Assembly (NCBI GenBank): GCA_020832735.1 | Contig: JAFIEB010000143.1 | Span: forward strand, 26,456 to 90,455 | DNA from: Oceanicaulis sp. | GTDB lineage: Bacteria > Pseudomonadota > Alphaproteobacteria > Caulobacterales > Maricaulaceae | DNA length: 64,000 bases | Reading direction: 5' to 3' | Shown: piece by piece, positions 16,274 through 25,436 of the stretch | Layout of the letters: every line of letters starts with the position of its first letter | Numbering within the stretch: position 1 is the stretch's first letter | Notes under the pieces: model-generated | The model's database searches: none | The model's input: the letters and a program-made list of their open reading frames with translations, nothing else | What the model was told of the DNA's origin: nothing | Program-made: the position numbers and the translations under genes

Positions 16274-18046
16274 TCAGCGTGGTGCGGACAGGGGAAACAG
16301 GAGATCGATGAAACGCTCGGCCGTCGGCTGGGGTTCATGATTGGCCAGGCCCGGGCGCTCATTGGCCTCGATAAAGACGTGCTCGGGCTGATCGGGAGCC
16401 GTCACGATGAAGTCGACGCCCACCACCGGGATCTCGATGGCGCGCGCCGCCGCGATGGCGCTCTGGGCGATCGCGGGGTGCAGTATGTCGGTGACGTCAT
16501 GCAGGGCGCCGCCGGTATGCAGATTGGCGGCGCGCCGCACCCGAATGATCTCGCCAGCCTCGGGCACGTCGTCCCAGCCATAGCCTGCGCGCGCAATCGT
16601 CCGGCCGGTCTCCTCATCCATGGGCACGACCGATTCTCCACCCGTGGCGGCCGAGCGGCGGCGCGACAGCGCCTCGACCAGCTGGCGCACGGTCTTCGCG
16701 CCGTCGCCGCGAATCTCGGGCGGTTTCCTCAAGGCTGCGGCAACCACCTCGTCATTGATCACAACCACGCGCAGATCATCGCCGGCCACGCACTGCTCGA
16801 CCAGCACGCGCCCGTCTCCCTGGGCGCGCGCCGACCTAATCGCAGCGGTGAGCTCTTCTGACGTCTCGACCCCGACCGACACGCCCCGGCCCTGCTCGCC
16901 GCGCGCCGGCTTGACCACGACCGAGCCGTGTTCGGCCAGAAACGCCTCCATGGCGCCAGAATCCCCCTCATCCGGCGCCAAAACGGCCTGTTCCGGCACC
17001 GGAACGGCGGATTTCAGCATCAGACGGCGGGTCACAGCCTTGTCGTCACAGCGGCTCATCGCCACCGCATGGGTCAGCTCGCTGAGCGATTCCCGGCACA
17101 CCACGGAGCGGCCGCCATGGGTCAGCCGGAAAAATCCGCCCTCCCCATCAAGCACTTCCACGCCGATGCCGCGCCGGCGTGCCTCGTCGGTGATGATGCG
17201 CGCATACGGATTGAGCCCCTCCTCCGGAGCCGGCGCGATGAAGAGCTTCTCGTTGATGGTGTTCTTGCGCTTCAAGGTGAAATACGGAACGCGCGTGAAA
17301 CCCAGCTTTTCATACAAGGCGATAGCCGACTCATTGTCGTGCAGGACTGACAGGTCCATGAACGCGCAGCCGCGCGCCTGGAACAACTCGCTCAGCCGGC
17401 GCACGAGCGCTTCGCCTATGCCCGGATGCGCGGCGCGCGCGTCCACCGCCAGGCACCAGAGCGAACTGCCTCTTTCAGGATCGCCGAAGGCGCGCGCGTG
17501 ATCCACGCCCGTCACGGCGCCGAGGATATCTCCGCTTTCAGAATCCTCCGCGACAAGAAAGGTCAGCGTGCGGCTGTCGCGCTGGCGCCAGAAGAAATCC
17601 GGCGCCACCGGCACCATGCCCCGCCCGGCATAGATGGCGTTGACGGCCTTGGCGTCCGATTCCGAGCACAGGCGGCGCACGAAAAACCCCTTGGGCTGGC
17701 GCCGCGAGGCGCGATATGTCGCCAGATCGAGGCGATAGGTATGGGAAGGGTCGAGGAAGACTTCCTGGGGCGCCGCCGCCATCACCACATGGGGATCGCG
17801 GATATAGACGCCGATGTCCCGCTTGCCGCGCTGCTCGCCGCGCAAGGCCGAGACCAGACGCTCGGCGCTGTCAAAGGTCTGGGCGAAGATCAGCCGTCCC
17901 CAGCCGACATCAAGCACCGCCTCTGTGTCCGACTGCGGCCCGTCCTGTCCTGAAATGGGCTGCTTAAGGCCATGCTCACGCAAGCGTTTCAGCCGGTGAC
18001 TGAGCGCGCGGCGCGGCGGTTCTGTATTGCGAGCGGACATGCGCAC
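16274..18046 (-). CDS. ngg: N-acetylglutaminylglutamine synthetase (GNAT + ATP-grasp)
   Basis: A 590-aa protein with an N-terminal GNAT region (HPGIGEALVRRLSELFQARGCAFMDLSVLHDNESAIALYEKLGF). The C-terminal half is an ATP-grasp (VVVKPARGEQGRGVSV...). It lies immediately downstream of asnO. Confidence 0.85.
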   Translation of the reverse strand: MRMSARNTEPPRRALSHRLKRLREHGLKQPISGQDGPQSDTEAVLDVGWGRLIFAQTFDSAERLVSALRGEQRGKRDIGVYIRDPHVVMAAAPQEVFLDPSHTYRLDLATYRASRRQPKGFFVRRLCSESDAKAVNAIYAGRGMVPVAPDFFWRQRDSRTLTFLVAEDSESGDILGAVTGVDHARAFGDPERGSSLWCLAVDARAAHPGIGEALVRRLSELFQARGCAFMDLSVLHDNESAIALYEKLGFTRVPYFTLKRKNTINEKLFIAPAPEEGLNPYARIITDEARRRGIGVEVLDGEGGFFRLTHGGRSVVCRESLSELTHAVAMSRCDDKAVTRRLMLKSAVPVPEQAVLAPDEGDSGAMEAFLAEHGSVVVKPARGEQGRGVSVGVETSEELTAAIRSARAQGDGRVLVEQCVAGDDLRVVVINDEVVAAALRKPPEIRGDGAKTVRQLVEALSRRRSAATGGESVVPMDEETGRTIARAGYGWDDVPEAGEIIRVRRAANLHTGGALHDVTDILHPAIAQSAIAAARAIEIPVVGVDFIVTAPDQPEHVFIEANERPGLANHEPQPTAERFIDLLFPLSAPR

Positions 18047-18058
18047 TCCCCTGGCCGG

Positions 18059-19834
18059 CTATCCGACGCCATGCGTCTCCAGCCACATCGCCAGCAAGCC
18101 GATCTGATAGAGCTTTGAGCCGCGCAGCGGCGTTATATGCGCTTCAGGATCGGCCAGCAGCGTATCGACATAACCCCGCCTGACGATGCCCGCCTCCTCG
18201 AAACGCTTGGAGGTCACCGCATCGCGCACGCGCTCCAGATAGGGGCCGCGCAGATATTTCAGAGCCGGGACGGGAAAATAGCCCTTGGGCCTGTCGATGA
18301 CCTCGTGGGGGATCACATCGCGGCCGACATCTTTCAGGATTCCCTTGCCGCCCTCGGCGATTTTCAGTTCGGCGGGTACGCGCGCGGCCGCCTCCACCAC
18401 CTCATAGTCAAGGAAGGGCGTGCGCGCCTCAAGCCCCCAGGCCATGGTCATGTTGTCGACCCGCTTGACCGGATCATCAGTCAGCATGATCTGGGTGTCG
18501 ATGCGCAGCGCCTTGTCGATGGGACGCTCCGCGCCCTGACGGGCGAAGTGCTCGGCGACGAAATCGCGCGGTTTGTCGCCATTGAGCCAGCGGTCCTGCA
18601 GCAGGTCGCCCATTTCCTGACGGTCGCGATCGAAGAAGGCCCTGGCGTACGCCTCCAGCGGATCATTGGCGTCCAGCATGGGCGGATACCAGTGATAGCC
18701 GGCGAAAATCTCATCGGCCCCCTGCCCGGACTGCACCACTTTGACATGGCGCGAAACCTCCTGGCTGAGCAGGTAGAACCCGACACAGTCGTGGCTGGTC
18801 ATGGGCTCGCTCATGGCCTCGATGGCCTCCTCCAGCGCCGGGAGAGCGCGGGCGGTGTCGATGCGGATCTGGTGGTGATTGGTCTCGAAGCGCCGGGCGA
18901 TGATGTCGGAGTACTGGAACTCGTCGCCCTTCTCCTCGCCCACGCTGTCAAAGCCGATGGAGAAGGTGGACAGACCCGTCTGGCCGGCTTCGGCGAGCAG
19001 GCCGACGATCAGCGAGCTATCAAGACCGCCTGACAAGAGCACGCCCACGGGCACGTCAGCGACCAGCCGGCGGCGCACGGCCGTGCGCAGGGTGTCGGCG
19101 ACCAGCGCCTTCCAGTCCGCCGGCGTATATCCGCGCTCGTCATCGCGCGGCCCGAACGTGACGTCCCAGAACTGGCGCGTGGTGCGGCGCCCGTCCGGCT
19201 CGATACGCATCAGCGTGGCCGGGGGCAGCTTGCGCACGCCGCGCGCCATGGTCCAGGGAGCCGGCACGACAGCATGGAAGCTGAAATAGAAACTCAACGC
19301 ATCCGGATCGAGGGATGTATCCACATCGCCGAACGCCAGCAGCGCCTGCAGGGTGGAGGCGAAGCGGAACCCCCCGGGCGTTTCAGCATAGTAGAGCGGC
19401 TTGATGCCAAGCCGGTCCCGCCCGATCAGGACGCGGCCTGAGTCACGTTCGGCGATGGCGAACGCGAACATGCCATTCATGCGGTGGACGAAGTCCTCGC
19501 CCCAGGCATGGTAGGCCTTGGCGATCACCTCGGTGTCGCCGGTGGAGAAGAAGCGGTAGCCCTTCGCCTCCAGGTCGGCGCGCAATTCCTTGTGGTTATA
19601 GATGCACCCGTTAAAGACCACGCTCAGGCCCAGCTCAGCGTCCACCAGGGGCTGCTGGGCGGCGTCGCTCAGATCGATGATCTTCAGACGCCGGTGGGCG
19701 AAGGCGATGCGGCCCTGGGAGTGGAGCCCGGACGCATCCGGGCCTCGCCGGTTCATAGTGTGCGCCGCCCTGTCCAGGGCCGCCAGATCTGGCGCCCGGT
19801 CATCAAAGCGAATTTCACCGGCGATACCGCACAT
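18059..19834 (-). CDS. asnO: N-acetylglutaminylglutamine amidotransferase (asparagine synthase family)
   Basis: MCGIAGEIRF is the Ntn Cys2 glutaminase start. The SGGLDSS PP-loop is present. At 591 aa it is the first gene of the NAGGN cluster. Confidence 0.88.
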   Translation of the reverse strand: MCGIAGEIRFDDRAPDLAALDRAAHTMNRRGPDASGLHSQGRIAFAHRRLKIIDLSDAAQQPLVDAELGLSVVFNGCIYNHKELRADLEAKGYRFFSTGDTEVIAKAYHAWGEDFVHRMNGMFAFAIAERDSGRVLIGRDRLGIKPLYYAETPGGFRFASTLQALLAFGDVDTSLDPDALSFYFSFHAVVPAPWTMARGVRKLPPATLMRIEPDGRRTTRQFWDVTFGPRDDERGYTPADWKALVADTLRTAVRRRLVADVPVGVLLSGGLDSSLIVGLLAEAGQTGLSTFSIGFDSVGEEKGDEFQYSDIIARRFETNHHQIRIDTARALPALEEAIEAMSEPMTSHDCVGFYLLSQEVSRHVKVVQSGQGADEIFAGYHWYPPMLDANDPLEAYARAFFDRDRQEMGDLLQDRWLNGDKPRDFVAEHFARQGAERPIDKALRIDTQIMLTDDPVKRVDNMTMAWGLEARTPFLDYEVVEAAARVPAELKIAEGGKGILKDVGRDVIPHEVIDRPKGYFPVPALKYLRGPYLERVRDAVTSKRFEEAGIVRRGYVDTLLADPEAHITPLRGSKLYQIGLLAMWLETHGVG

Positions 19835-20099
19835 GTAGTCAGTCCTTTCTCGGATCAGTCAGCACCACGCCATATAAATGACGCAAAATGGCGTTGACGT
19901 GTATGGGGTGGCTGGGGCTGCTTATGTCGTGAGTTTGCGATAAAAATCAAGTTTTGCGGGCGCTCCCGCGCTGCTCACATGCTTTTTATCCTGCCATTTC
20001 ACTCCACGATGTTGACCTTTGCGTTCTGACTCTTACCTTTCATGCGTCGCCCGTTTGTTGAAAATTAGTGGAGCGCCGGAATCGGCGCCAGGAGGAATT

Positions 20100-20645
20100 G
20101 TGGCATTTACGAAACCGCACACCCGTCCGAAACGTATCGATCTGGCCCAGATTGGCGAGGCCGGCGATATCGCCGTGCTGGTCGCTGACGGCTTCGCCGC
20201 GTCGGATCTGACCGAGGTGGCGTCTGCAGCCGAACAAAACGGCTATCGCACCGTCATCGTCAGCCCCAACAAGTCGCTGGTGAGCGGACGTTCTGCGAGC
20301 AATGAAGAAATGAATTTCGTCGTGGACGCCCACCCCGGCGACAGGTCTGCGGACAGCTTCTCAGGTCTGCTGATTCCCGGCGGCGCCCACGGCTTGTCAC
20401 GGCTGGCCGATGATCAGGACGCCCGGCTGTTGATCCAGGACTTTATCAAGACGGGCAAGCCGGTTCTGGCGATGAGCGAAGCGGCGCCGGTGCTATCGGA
20501 AGCGGCGGGCAAGGAGCCCGGCGAGTCCGGTCAGGCGGCCCTTGCGCTGCGCGGCGACATCTTCGCCGCTGGCGGCGAGGATGCGCGCGAGGACGCCATC
20601 TCCACCTTCATCAAGACGCTGGACCTGGTGCAGGAAGCCGCCTGA
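20100..20645 (+). CDS. DJ-1/PfpI family protein with Ser in place of the nucleophile Cys
   Basis: A GTG at 20100 follows AGGAGG (20092-20097). The sequence is DIAVLVADGFAASDL...GLLIPGGAHG...GKPVLAMSEAAPVL. The nucleophile elbow reads A-M-S-E-A where the family consensus is A-I-C-H-G. Confidence 0.75.
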   Translation: MAFTKPHTRPKRIDLAQIGEAGDIAVLVADGFAASDLTEVASAAEQNGYRTVIVSPNKSLVSGRSASNEEMNFVVDAHPGDRSADSFSGLLIPGGAHGLSRLADDQDARLLIQDFIKTGKPVLAMSEAAPVLSEAAGKEPGESGQAALALRGDIFAAGGEDAREDAISTFIKTLDLVQEAA

Positions 20646-20670
20646 TCACCCTGGCCGGCATGAAGAAAGA

Positions 20671-20699
20671 GGGCCGCAGCTTCGTGCTGCGGCCCTTTT
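20671..20699. terminator. bidirectional intrinsic terminator between the DJ-1-like gene and the MFS gene
   Basis: GGGCCGCAGC-ttcgt-GCTGCGGCCC forms a perfect 10-bp stem. It is followed by TTTTC on the plus strand and TCTTTCTTC on the minus strand. Confidence 0.8.
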
Positions 20700-20727
20700 C
20701 ATATGCGCAAAGGCCTGCGGCTGTGGC

Positions 20728-22110
20728 CTACTTCTCCCAGTCCCGCTCGATCGTGCGTGAGGCCAGCAGGAACAGAACGCCCGCCACGGCGTAGAGCGAC
20801 GCGCCGATGGCGATGGAGTAACGCAGCGACTGCTCCCCGAAGGCCGGCGTGAGCAAGGTCGAGAGCTCGCCCAGGACGTAAACCCCGACACCGATCCCCA
20901 GAAGATTGTTGATCAGAAGGAAGATCGCCGACGCCATCGAGCGCATGTTGGACGGGGCCAGATGCTGGAAGGCGGACAGGACCGGACCCAGCCAGCTCAG
21001 GCCCAAAGCCGTGGGGATGAGGAACAGTAGCACCGCGATGATCGGCGTGGGCGCAAACGTGCCCAGCACGTAAAGCGGGAAGGCCACCAGGAAGGCCAGC
21101 GCAGGCACGACCGCATAGGCGGTCTTCTTCGCCTTGCCCAGCCGGTCGGCGAGGATGCCGCCGAGCAGTATGCCCAGACTGCCGCCAATAAACAGGACGC
21201 TGCCGAACACCCAGCCGGTGTCGATAATGCCCAGCCCGTAGGTGCGCGAGATGAAGCTCGGCATCCAGAAGAACACCCCGTAGCCCATCATGGACGAACA
21301 CGAGGCGCCCATCGTCAGGAACCAGAATGAGGGCTTGGTGGCCAGGATGCGCAAGACATCCATGATGCCCGGCTTGCTGGCCGCCTCCTCGATCGCCTTG
21401 CCAGCCAGGCCTTCGCCCTGCTGGGGCGGGTGCTTGGCCACGGCGGCGGCCTTCTGGCGCTCGCTGAGCGGATCCAGTCCGCCGCGCTTGGGCTCGCGCA
21501 TGGTGAGCTTGAAGATCGGGGCGATGACCACGCCGGCCAGGCCCACGATGATGAAGGCGGCGCGCCAGTCGAGGTCCTCCCCGATGGCGCCGCCGGCGAT
21601 CTGGGCGCCGGCGACCACGCCGAACGCGCTGCCGATGGGAATGCCCAGCGAATAGATCGCCAATGCCCGCGCCCGGGCGTCAGGCGGGAAATAGTCGGCG
21701 ATAAGCGAATAGGACGGCGCCACGCCGCCCGCCTCGCCCACGCCCACGCCCACGCGCGCGGCGAACAGTTGCCAGAAATTCTGGGCGAGACCGCAAACGG
21801 CTGTGAAGCCGCTCCAGACGGTCAGGGAGACGGTGATGATCCAGGTCCGGTTCGACCGGTCCGCCAGCCAGGCGATGGGCACGCCGAGCGTCGAATACAG
21901 CGCCGCGAACGCGATGCCGCCAAGCAGGCCGAGCTGACGGTCATCCAGGCCCAGTTCATCACGGATCGGAATGGCCAGGATCGAGATGATCTGCCGGTCC
22001 AGGAAGTTGAAGGCGTAGACGATGAACAGCATGAACAGCACCCAGACGCGATAGCGCGCGCTGGGCGGTGCGGGCTCGGCGGCCCCCGGAGTCTGACTGG
22101 CGGCGGTCAT
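20728..22110 (-). CDS. MFS transporter (spinster-like)
   Basis: A 460-aa protein of about 12 TM segments with the MFS motif FNFLDRQIISILA...LADRSNR near TM2-3. Confidence 0.85.
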   Translation of the reverse strand: MTAASQTPGAAEPAPPSARYRVWVLFMLFIVYAFNFLDRQIISILAIPIRDELGLDDRQLGLLGGIAFAALYSTLGVPIAWLADRSNRTWIITVSLTVWSGFTAVCGLAQNFWQLFAARVGVGVGEAGGVAPSYSLIADYFPPDARARALAIYSLGIPIGSAFGVVAGAQIAGGAIGEDLDWRAAFIIVGLAGVVIAPIFKLTMREPKRGGLDPLSERQKAAAVAKHPPQQGEGLAGKAIEEAASKPGIMDVLRILATKPSFWFLTMGASCSSMMGYGVFFWMPSFISRTYGLGIIDTGWVFGSVLFIGGSLGILLGGILADRLGKAKKTAYAVVPALAFLVAFPLYVLGTFAPTPIIAVLLFLIPTALGLSWLGPVLSAFQHLAPSNMRSMASAIFLLINNLLGIGVGVYVLGELSTLLTPAFGEQSLRYSIAIGASLYAVAGVLFLLASRTIERDWEK

Positions 22111-22190
22111 GATTTTCCCCGTGGCGTCTGGCGGGTTGGCGCGGCCGGACGGCGCGCTGCGTCCATGATGGAACTGAACTGACGGTCACT

Positions 22191-22235
22191 GCAAAGAAAA
22201 AGCGCCGCCGGCCCGGTCGCGGGCGCAGCGGCGCT
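22191..22235 (-). terminator. intrinsic terminator downstream of the TonB-dependent receptor gene
   Basis: On the minus strand AGCGCCGC-(19 nt)-GCGGCGCT is followed by TTTTCTTTG, starting 19 nt after the receptor stop codon. Confidence 0.65.
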
Positions 22236-22253
22236 TCTTCACTCAGCCGCCCC

Positions 22254-24536
22254 CTAGTAGCGGAAGGCGATCGTCGCGGTGTAGGTGCGCGGATCGCCGT
22301 AGAAGGCGGTCAGCGTCCCCTCAAGGCCCAGGTTGGGCGTGCCGTCCGGGTTCATGAAGTTATAGCCCGAGACCTTGTAACGCTCGTCAGTCAGGTTGCG
22401 GCCATGCACGCCCGCCTGCCAGCGTCCGTCATTGGAATTCCACACCACGGAAGCATTCCACAGCGTGTAACCGTCCTGATCGAGGGTCGGGTTGGGCAGC
22501 TCGAACTGGCTGTAGCTGCCGCGATAGGCCAGCGTGTTGATGATCGACAATGCGCCGTTCGACAGCGGAACCGTGTAGTTCAGCGTGCCCGAGGCCATCC
22601 ATTCGGGCGTGTTCTGGATCACCGCCGTGTCGGAGATGTCCACGCCGAAGGCGTTGATGAACTCGTCATACTGGCCGTTGAGATAACCCACCGCCCAGTT
22701 CAGATCGAGCGAATCGCCCGTGGTGAAGGCGTCCTCGGCCAGGCCCAGGAAGCCCTCGTATTCGATGCCCCAGATAGTTGCGGCGCCCGCATTCGTCGTC
22801 ACGCCGGAGAAGGTGTCAAAAACGCCATCGCCGGTGGTGTCGACGCCGATGGAGCCGGGCACCTGAACGTCGGTGTAGTCATTGTAGAAGAAGGCCAGCG
22901 AGTGGCGGTACGCGCCATCGGCGAACTTCCAGCCGGCTTCGTAAGCGTTCACGGTTTCCGGCTGGAAGCGCATGAATTCGAAGACGTCGATCCCGGCCCC
23001 GACCGCGACCGAAGTCTGGCCGCGCGGATCGAAGCTGCCGCCTTTGAAGCCCTGGGAGAAGCTGGCGTAGAAATTGTTCGCCGCGTCAGGGCGGTACGAC
23101 ACGGAGATGCGCGGGCTGAAATCGGTCCAGCTTTCCGACCCGCTGAAGTCGGAGGTGGTGGCGATCAGTGTCGGATTGCCGCCGAAGAATTCGGAGAACC
23201 CGCCGATATAGGTCCGGCGCAGAACGAGCGAGGAGCGCTCGTCATGGGTGTAGCGGGCGCCCAGCGACACCGACCATTCCGGAGTCAGATCGTAGGAGAA
23301 GTCGGCGAAGATCGACCAGGTCTCGGTGTTGACGTTGCCGAAGGTCTGGGCGTTCAGGCCGGGCAGGCCGATCAGCGCGCCGGTATTGGCCAGCAGCACG
23401 TCGAACACGGTGGACGCCTCGGCATCAAGGTAATAGGCGCCGATGATCCCGTTCAGACGCTCGCCGGTATAAACCAGCTGGAATTCCTGGCTGAACTGCT
23501 CGTTTTCATAGATCGCAGGCACGTCAAGGTCGGCGGCCGGCAAGGAGTCAAAGTCGATCGGGGTGACCGACGTATCTTCCCGCCACGCTGTGATGGAGCG
23601 GAAGGTCCACTGATCGTTCAGCTGGAAGTCGCCCGAGAGCGAGACACCCTGGCCTTCAACTTTCTGATCGACCACATCCAGTCCGGCGCGCGTGTCGAAC
23701 ACATTGTCGAGCACGGGCGCTCCGGTCAGAAGGGAGGGGATCAGACGGTGGCCGCCGCGCGGATTGGACCTGTCCTCGGTGCGGTCATAGACAGCACGGA
23801 TAAAGATGCGGTCGTCCGGTTCGAATTCAGCCGAGACCCGCCCGGCCCAGACATCCTTGTCGTAGTTGTCGCGGCCGGTGGTCAGGTTCGTGCCGTAGCC
23901 GCCGCGCGTGAGGCGCGCCAGGGCGGCCCCCATGCGGAAATTCTCGGACATCGGCGCCGATCCCGACACGATCACGTCGCGCTGCTCGTAACTGCCGAGA
24001 TTCAGGCGCGCCGAGAAGGTCGGCTCGGTGTCCAGGCGCCGGGTGACGTACTTGACGGCGCCGCCGACTGTGTTGCGGCCATAGAGCGTGCCCTGGGGCC
24101 CGCGCAGCACCTCGATGCGCTCGACATCAAAAATATCGAGCACCGCGGCCTGGGGGCGGTTGAGATAGACGTCGTCGATATAGATGCCCACGCCGGCTTC
24201 AAAACCAGCGACAGGATCCTGCTGGCCGATCCCGCGGATGAAGGCCGTCAGGGTGGAGTTGGTGCCGCGCGAGACTTCCAGCGTCACGTTCGGGGTCGTC
24301 TGGGCGATGCGGGTGATGTCCTGGGCGCCGATGGCTTCCAGCTGGGCGCCGGAATAGGCAGTCACCGAAACCGGAACATCCTGAAGGGATTCTTCCCGGC
24401 GGCGGGCCGTCACCGTGACCACGTCACGGGTCTCTGTCGCGCCCGTTTCCTGGGCGACAGCGCCTGCAGTGAGCGGCAACCAGGATGCGCTGGCAAGCAG
24501 CACGGCGGAACTGATGAGTTTGCGGCGGATGGTCAT
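22254..24536 (-). CDS. TonB-dependent receptor
   Basis: An internal ATG (cat at 24534-24536) follows GGGAGGGGAG and opens MTIRRKLISSAVLLASASWLPLTAGAVAQ (signal peptide). The plug reads DVVTVTARRREESLQDVPVSVT...IEVLRGPQGTLYGRNTVGGAVKY. The barrel ends in ...ATIAFRY. The upstream 231 codons of the 992-aa track ORF are antisense to the TetR gene and were discarded. Confidence 0.92.
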   Translation of the reverse strand: MTIRRKLISSAVLLASASWLPLTAGAVAQETGATETRDVVTVTARRREESLQDVPVSVTAYSGAQLEAIGAQDITRIAQTTPNVTLEVSRGTNSTLTAFIRGIGQQDPVAGFEAGVGIYIDDVYLNRPQAAVLDIFDVERIEVLRGPQGTLYGRNTVGGAVKYVTRRLDTEPTFSARLNLGSYEQRDVIVSGSAPMSENFRMGAALARLTRGGYGTNLTTGRDNYDKDVWAGRVSAEFEPDDRIFIRAVYDRTEDRSNPRGGHRLIPSLLTGAPVLDNVFDTRAGLDVVDQKVEGQGVSLSGDFQLNDQWTFRSITAWREDTSVTPIDFDSLPAADLDVPAIYENEQFSQEFQLVYTGERLNGIIGAYYLDAEASTVFDVLLANTGALIGLPGLNAQTFGNVNTETWSIFADFSYDLTPEWSVSLGARYTHDERSSLVLRRTYIGGFSEFFGGNPTLIATTSDFSGSESWTDFSPRISVSYRPDAANNFYASFSQGFKGGSFDPRGQTSVAVGAGIDVFEFMRFQPETVNAYEAGWKFADGAYRHSLAFFYNDYTDVQVPGSIGVDTTGDGVFDTFSGVTTNAGAATIWGIEYEGFLGLAEDAFTTGDSLDLNWAVGYLNGQYDEFINAFGVDISDTAVIQNTPEWMASGTLNYTVPLSNGALSIINTLAYRGSYSQFELPNPTLDQDGYTLWNASVVWNSNDGRWQAGVHGRNLTDERYKVSGYNFMNPDGTPNLGLEGTLTAFYGDPRTYTATIAFRY

Positions 24537-24599
24537 AGAACTCCCCTCCCTGGAAATGGGCATGCGCCCGACTGGCGGGGCGCTTGTGTCGGCGATAAT

Positions 24600-24611
24600 T
24601 TCAACGTTGAA
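24600..24611. promoter_or_regulatory. perfect 12-bp palindrome TTCAACGTTGAA in the divergent receptor/TetR intergenic region (candidate TetR operator)
   Basis: Read directly from the sequence. It lies 64 bp upstream of the receptor start and 118 bp upstream of the TetR start. Confidence 0.4.
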
Positions 24612-24728
24612 TGAAAAGTCAATGGGAATTAGACTTTCTGCAGGTGCTGAAATATTTCTGTGCGGCGCATGCGCCACACTCAACCGTTCCGGAGCGGCGG
24701 CGCCCGCTCCCAACTCTAGCGAGGCCGC

Positions 24729-25436
24729 ATGGCAGTCGCCCGCAAACTCGGACGGGGTGAGATAACCCGGGAAAAACTGCTCGATTCGGCGGAAAAGTTG
24801 TTCGCTCTCAAGGGTTTTCATGGCGTGACCGTGCGCGCCATCGCCCGCGAGGCCGACAGTGATCCGGCTCTGGTCGCCTATTATTTTGGCGGCAAGCGCG
24901 AATTGTTTGATGAAGTTCTGTTGCGCAGGGCCGATCAGCTCAACCAGATACGCCTTCAGGAACTCGAGGCCTGCGAGCGCGCCGCCGGGCCGGAGGGGCC
25001 GACGGTCGAGGAGATCATCGCCGCCTTCACCCATCCGCTTCTGGACCGCTCCATCCATGGTGATCCGGGCTGGAAAAGCTATTTCGCCCTGATAGGCCAG
25101 ATCACCAACGCACCCGACTGGGGCGGAGCGGTGATGTCGAAATATTTCGACCCGATCGTGCGCCGCTTCCTGCAATCCCTGCGCAGGGCCCTGCCCGACT
25201 GCCGCGATGAAGAGCTGTTCTGGAGCTATCACTTTTTGTCGGGCGCGCTCGTCCTCACCTTCGCAGAGACAGGCCGTATCGATTCGCTGTCGGGCGGATT
25301 GTGCAAATCCTCAGACATCGAGGCGGTCGCTGACCGCCTGCCAGACTTCATCGCCGCCGGCTTCCGCCGCTTGTGCGCCAGGGACGCAGAGGCGCGCGCC
25401 TTACGCGCAAGTCAAACTTCAGGAACAGCTTCATGA
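24729..25436 (+). CDS. TetR/AcrR family transcriptional regulator
   Basis: The N-terminal HTH reads TREKLLDSAEKLFALKGFHGVTVRAIAREADSDPALVAYYFGGKRELF. Confidence 0.9.
   Translation: MAVARKLGRGEITREKLLDSAEKLFALKGFHGVTVRAIAREADSDPALVAYYFGGKRELFDEVLLRRADQLNQIRLQELEACERAAGPEGPTVEEIIAAFTHPLLDRSIHGDPGWKSYFALIGQITNAPDWGGAVMSKYFDPIVRRFLQSLRRALPDCRDEELFWSYHFLSGALVLTFAETGRIDSLSGGLCKSSDIEAVADRLPDFIAAGFRRLCARDAEARALRASQTSGTAS

Noticed and set aside
22404-24614. A 736-aa ORF on the plus strand, together with similar long ORFs at 9128-10045, 11277-12281, 13004-13852, 13671-14723, 15875-16861, 27310-28605, 31385-32551, 38464-39531, 47980-49353, 54668-55636 and 56442-57659.
   Set aside because: Each lies antisense to, or out of frame with, a gene carrying unmistakable family motifs. 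Their products are Arg/Ala/Gly/Pro-rich and low in complexity. These are the typical shadow ORFs of high-G+C DNA.
24537-25232. The N-terminal 231 codons of the 992-aa track ORF (22254-25232) that would extend the TonB-dependent receptor.
   Set aside because: This part is antisense to the TetR gene and not protein-like. A signal peptide with a strong RBS starts at 24536, giving a normal 760-aa receptor.
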